A DNA stretch of 59,776 nt. Origin: Minisyncoccota bacterium. GTDB taxonomy: Bacteria > Patescibacteriota > Minisyncoccia > UBA6257 > HR35. A program made the position numbers and the translations under genes. The notes under the pieces are model-generated. The model was not told where the DNA came from and searched no databases. It was given only the letters and a program-made list of their open reading frames with translations. Location of the stretch: assembly GCA_937934285.1 (NCBI GenBank), contig CALHAT010000026.1:1-59776 (forward strand). The letters run 5' to 3'. Shown here in pieces: positions 57,055 through 59,776 of this stretch (positions are counted from its first letter, which is position 1; the number at the start of each line of letters is the position of its first letter).

Positions 57055-57171
57055 ATGACAAAACTAAAACAAAAAAGAATTTCAGGATTTTTAGCCAGAA
57101 AAAGAACCAAGGCAGGCAAAAAAATTTTGCAACGAAGACGAAGAAAAGGAAGATCCCGATTAACTGTTTAA
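57055..57171 (+). CDS. rpmH: 50S ribosomal protein L34 (N-terminally short, 38 aa)
   Basis: GFLARKRTKAGKKILQRRRRKGRSRLTV; ATG 57055 lies after the tRNA. Confidence 0.92.
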   Translation: MTKLKQKRISGFLARKRTKAGKKILQRRRRKGRSRLTV

Positions 57172-57500
57172 TGATTAAAAAGAAATTTAAACTTAGCGGT
57201 GAGGATATTAAAAAATTTTTTACGACTCGCTTTAAAAAAATTGAAACTGATGATTTTTTAATCTATTATCAAAGAAATAGTTTAGATTATCCTCGCTTTG
57301 CCGTGATTTGTAAAAAAGAAATTTTCAAAAAAGCAAATTTAAGAAATAAAATTAAAAGAAAAATTTATGCGATAATAAATAAACTCTTAAAAGAAAGTCG
57401 AATTAAATTTTATGATTTTTTAATTTTCCCCCGACATCCCAAAATTACTCCGGAATCGTTCTTAAAAATTTTTCTTAAAAATCAATGTTTGAAATTTTAA
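57171..57500 (+). CDS. rnpA: Ribonuclease P protein component
   Basis: PRFAVI.KK..KKANLRNKIKRK (RNR motif); follows rpmH. Confidence 0.88.
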   Translation: MIKKKFKLSGEDIKKFFTTRFKKIETDDFLIYYQRNSLDYPRFAVICKKEIFKKANLRNKIKRKIYAIINKLLKESRIKFYDFLIFPRHPKITPESFLKIFLKNQCLKF

Positions 57501-58120
57501 ATCAAGGACTTTTAGGTTTTATCTTTTGGCTTAATAATTTCTTCAATGATATTGGGATTACTATTATTGTTTTTACCTGCATTTTAAAAATTGCTTTAGC
57601 ACCGATAGATTTTTTAGCTTTTTTAGAAGAATTGAAATTGCAAAGAATTCGACCGAAAATCCAAGAGGTTTTTAAAAAATACCGGAATGATTTTCAAAAA
57701 CAAGTTGAAATTTTAAATGAAATTTACAAAAAAGAAAATTATAATCCATTTTTTATAACTTTTATTCAGTTTTTACCTTTGCCAATTCTCTTTTCCGTTT
57801 TTTTTGTTCTTAATAGCCTTTTAGCTAATAAAAATTTAGATTTATTTTTTCTCAAAACAATCGATTTAACACAAAAAAATTATTATTTAATTCTGACTGT
57901 TATTCTTTTCCAGCTTTTAACAATTTTTAATCTTCCCCGCGATCAAAGAAAAGCTGGATTTTTCTTTTTCGGCTTAATTGCTCTCTTTTTAACTCAATTT
58001 CCTGCCTTATTTAATCTTTATTGGTTAGCTAATCTTTTGTTGACTTTTTTAGAAAGAAGTATTTTTCGACTCTATCAAGTAAAATTTGGCATCCAATCGA
58101 TTCCAGAAAATAATTCCTAA
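57485..58120 (+). CDS. yidC: Membrane protein insertase YidC (short)
   Basis: GITIIVFT, LQRIRPKIQE, YKKENYNP, QFLP, LYW; follows rnpA. Confidence 0.85.
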   Translation: MFEILNQGLLGFIFWLNNFFNDIGITIIVFTCILKIALAPIDFLAFLEELKLQRIRPKIQEVFKKYRNDFQKQVEILNEIYKKENYNPFFITFIQFLPLPILFSVFFVLNSLLANKNLDLFFLKTIDLTQKNYYLILTVILFQLLTIFNLPRDQRKAGFFFFGLIALFLTQFPALFNLYWLANLLLTFLERSIFRLYQVKFGIQSIPENNS

Positions 58121-59152
58121 AGGTGTTATTTTAGGCTTAACAATATCAAATTTAGATTCCAATCTAATCTCTTTAGTTTTGCCATTTTGAATATTATAAA
58201 TAATTAATTTTTCATCATAAGCTGGTTCTTTCATTAACCATAAATCCGGAGAAAAATTTTCTAAATCTGCCGGAATGGCACAAACTAAAACTTCATCGAA
58301 AGAACATTTTTCTTTAACTGTCCCCCAAGAAAAATTAAACTTAACTTTTTTATCTGGAGTAATAATTTGACTTTGCCAATATTTATCTTTAAAAGTAACA
58401 AAAATTAAATTTTTTTCCTTATTAACTAAAAGAGAATAATTAGGTTTAGCTTCTAAAAATACTGAAAAATTATTAATATTTTTCAAATCTAAAAGAAAGA
58501 CCGGGCTATTTTTTTCATAAATTAATAAAGAGTTTTTTAAAGATTCAAATTTAGGATTTAAAATGCCCAGGTTTCTAATTTTCGTCATTTGACCATCTTT
58601 ATAAAGAGCTAAATAAGAAATATCTTTATTATTGACATAAATAACCAATCCCTGAGGTGTAAAAGCAAAATTTTTAGTAAAAGGAGGAAGTGGGTATAAA
58701 CTATCATTTTTTAAATTCAAAAAATTAAATCCCTCATTTGTCTTAAAAACAATATAGCTCTCATCTGAAGACATAAAAGCTTCTTCAATTAAAGGAGCCC
58801 GATAAATTTCTTTGTAAACTTGATTTTCTAAATCAAAATATTTAATGATACCAGAATTTAAATCATAAACATAAAGTAGGGGGTAAAATAAATCAATATA
58901 AAGATATTCTTCTTTAAAAAGCAAAGGATAAGAAGTGGTTTGCTGGGGAGGTATTTGGATACCGGAAATTGAAGGGAGCTTTGTTTCTCCAGAAGGAGCT
59001 GGAACAATAGGAATAGGCGAAGGTGTTAATTGACCCTCTTCTTGAAAAAAAATTTCTTTTTCTTGCTTTTGTTTATTTTTAAAATAACCTATAAAAACTA
59101 TAGTTGCTATGCTAACTAAAATTAGTATACCTAAAATTAATCTTTTGTTCAT
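58049..59152 (-). CDS. Membrane-anchored extracellular beta-rich hypothetical protein
   Basis: TM, Pro-rich linker, beta-strand-rich body, EKC...VCAIP. Confidence 0.7.
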   Translation of the reverse strand: MNKRLILGILILVSIATIVFIGYFKNKQKQEKEIFFQEEGQLTPSPIPIVPAPSGETKLPSISGIQIPPQQTTSYPLLFKEEYLYIDLFYPLLYVYDLNSGIIKYFDLENQVYKEIYRAPLIEEAFMSSDESYIVFKTNEGFNFLNLKNDSLYPLPPFTKNFAFTPQGLVIYVNNKDISYLALYKDGQMTKIRNLGILNPKFESLKNSLLIYEKNSPVFLLDLKNINNFSVFLEAKPNYSLLVNKEKNLIFVTFKDKYWQSQIITPDKKVKFNFSWGTVKEKCSFDEVLVCAIPADLENFSPDLWLMKEPAYDEKLIIYNIQNGKTKEIRLESKFDIVKPKITPLGIIFWNRLDAKFYLIESKNTSF

Positions 59153-59164
59153 TTTTTAATTTTA

Positions 59165-59776
59165 TCAAAATACGGCATGAATATGTGTGCCTGTTGTACC
59201 TGCACAAATAGTCCATATTATCCCACAGTTATCAGGTGGCCATATAGGTTGACAACATCCTTCGCCTGTTTCTGGTTTGCATGACTCCTTAAGTTTTGCT
59301 TGGAGTTCTTGTTCCTTGGGTGTTTTAGGTAGTTTTTCAAGTAAAATGAATTTTGCTCCCGCTAGAGCTAAACAACCACGTAATGTTTCCCAAGGTTGAC
59401 AATCTATACCATTAACTATTATATCAATACATGTGCCGGTCTGTGTGTGACAACGAGATATAGAGGGTCCTTGTCCTCCTGTATAACCGGAAGTAATGGT
59501 AGCTTTTAGGTTGTGTTTGTTTAGACATTTATCAAGTTTTATAAGGTTGTTTACAATAGATTCACGGACAACAACACCGGGTCTCGCTGTAAGGTTCGTG
59601 AAGGTGTAATAATTATAATCGGGGTGATTTTTAATTTCATCAAATTTAATCATATTCTGGGGTACTGGACCACTGTAACCAACATTAGGATCTTCTCCTG
59701 CGTATTCTTCTTTTAAAGTTGGAAATAGGATTTTAATTTGAGGTATTTGCAATTTAATTCCTTTAAAAATCTCGGG
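59165..59776 (-). CDS. C-terminal part of a Cys-rich protein with an M15/LAS-like Zn peptidase motif (truncated by window end)
   Basis: Frame open to 59776; ITSGY...SRCHTQTGTCID...HIH. Confidence 0.55.
   Translation of the reverse strand, partial: PEIFKGIKLQIPQIKILFPTLKEEYAGEDPNVGYSGPVPQNMIKFDEIKNHPDYNYYTFTNLTARPGVVVRESIVNNLIKLDKCLNKHNLKATITSGYTGGQGPSISRCHTQTGTCIDIIVNGIDCQPWETLRGCLALAGAKFILLEKLPKTPKEQELQAKLKESCKPETGEGCCQPIWPPDNCGIIWTICAGTTGTHIHAVF

Noticed and set aside
25686..57119. ORF-track extensions or ORFs over tRNAs (25757 start, 29235-29588, 56889-57119, 56974 start)
   Set aside because: They read through tRNA genes; the real starts are downstream or the ORFs are spurious.
1..59776. 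Genetic code 25 (Gracilibacteria/Absconditabacteria)
   Set aside because: Conserved genes are full length under code 11, and TGA serves as the stop in ATGA overlaps.

Overview
A gene-dense, AT-rich bacterial chromosome segment in genetic code 11. The gene set and style point to Patescibacteria/CPR, probably Parcubacteria (inferred from short IF-2, type IV pilus and competence genes, secG next to an orphan peptide-binding protein, a VirD4-like ATPase pair, and many 1-4 bp gene overlaps). Most genes are housekeeping: translation factors, ribosomal proteins, three tRNAs, the rpsL-rpsG-fusA operon, a CIRCE/HrcA heat-shock operon, dnaG-rpoD-dnaX and rpmH-rnpA-yidC. The main find is a co-oriented, tightly coupled RiPP-like cassette (about 9.1-16.0 kb) lying inside the type IV pilus operon between pilC and pilD. 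It encodes an amidohydrolase, a YcaO, a SagB/ThcOx dehydrogenase, a membrane-anchored Gly/Ser/Cys-rich precursor with (S/C)EG repeats and its own promoter, a catalytically degenerate C39-like/TPR protein, a TPR protein and a secreted PKD/Cys-rich protein. Other signals: recurring TGnTATAAT-N6-ATG leaderless starts, a GGTCG motif 25-26 nt upstream of three leadered genes, pilin genes in the usual tuf position after fusA, a degenerate iPGM, and a phased repeat array upstream of tRNA-Leu. All calls come from reading motifs by eye; no searches were run.
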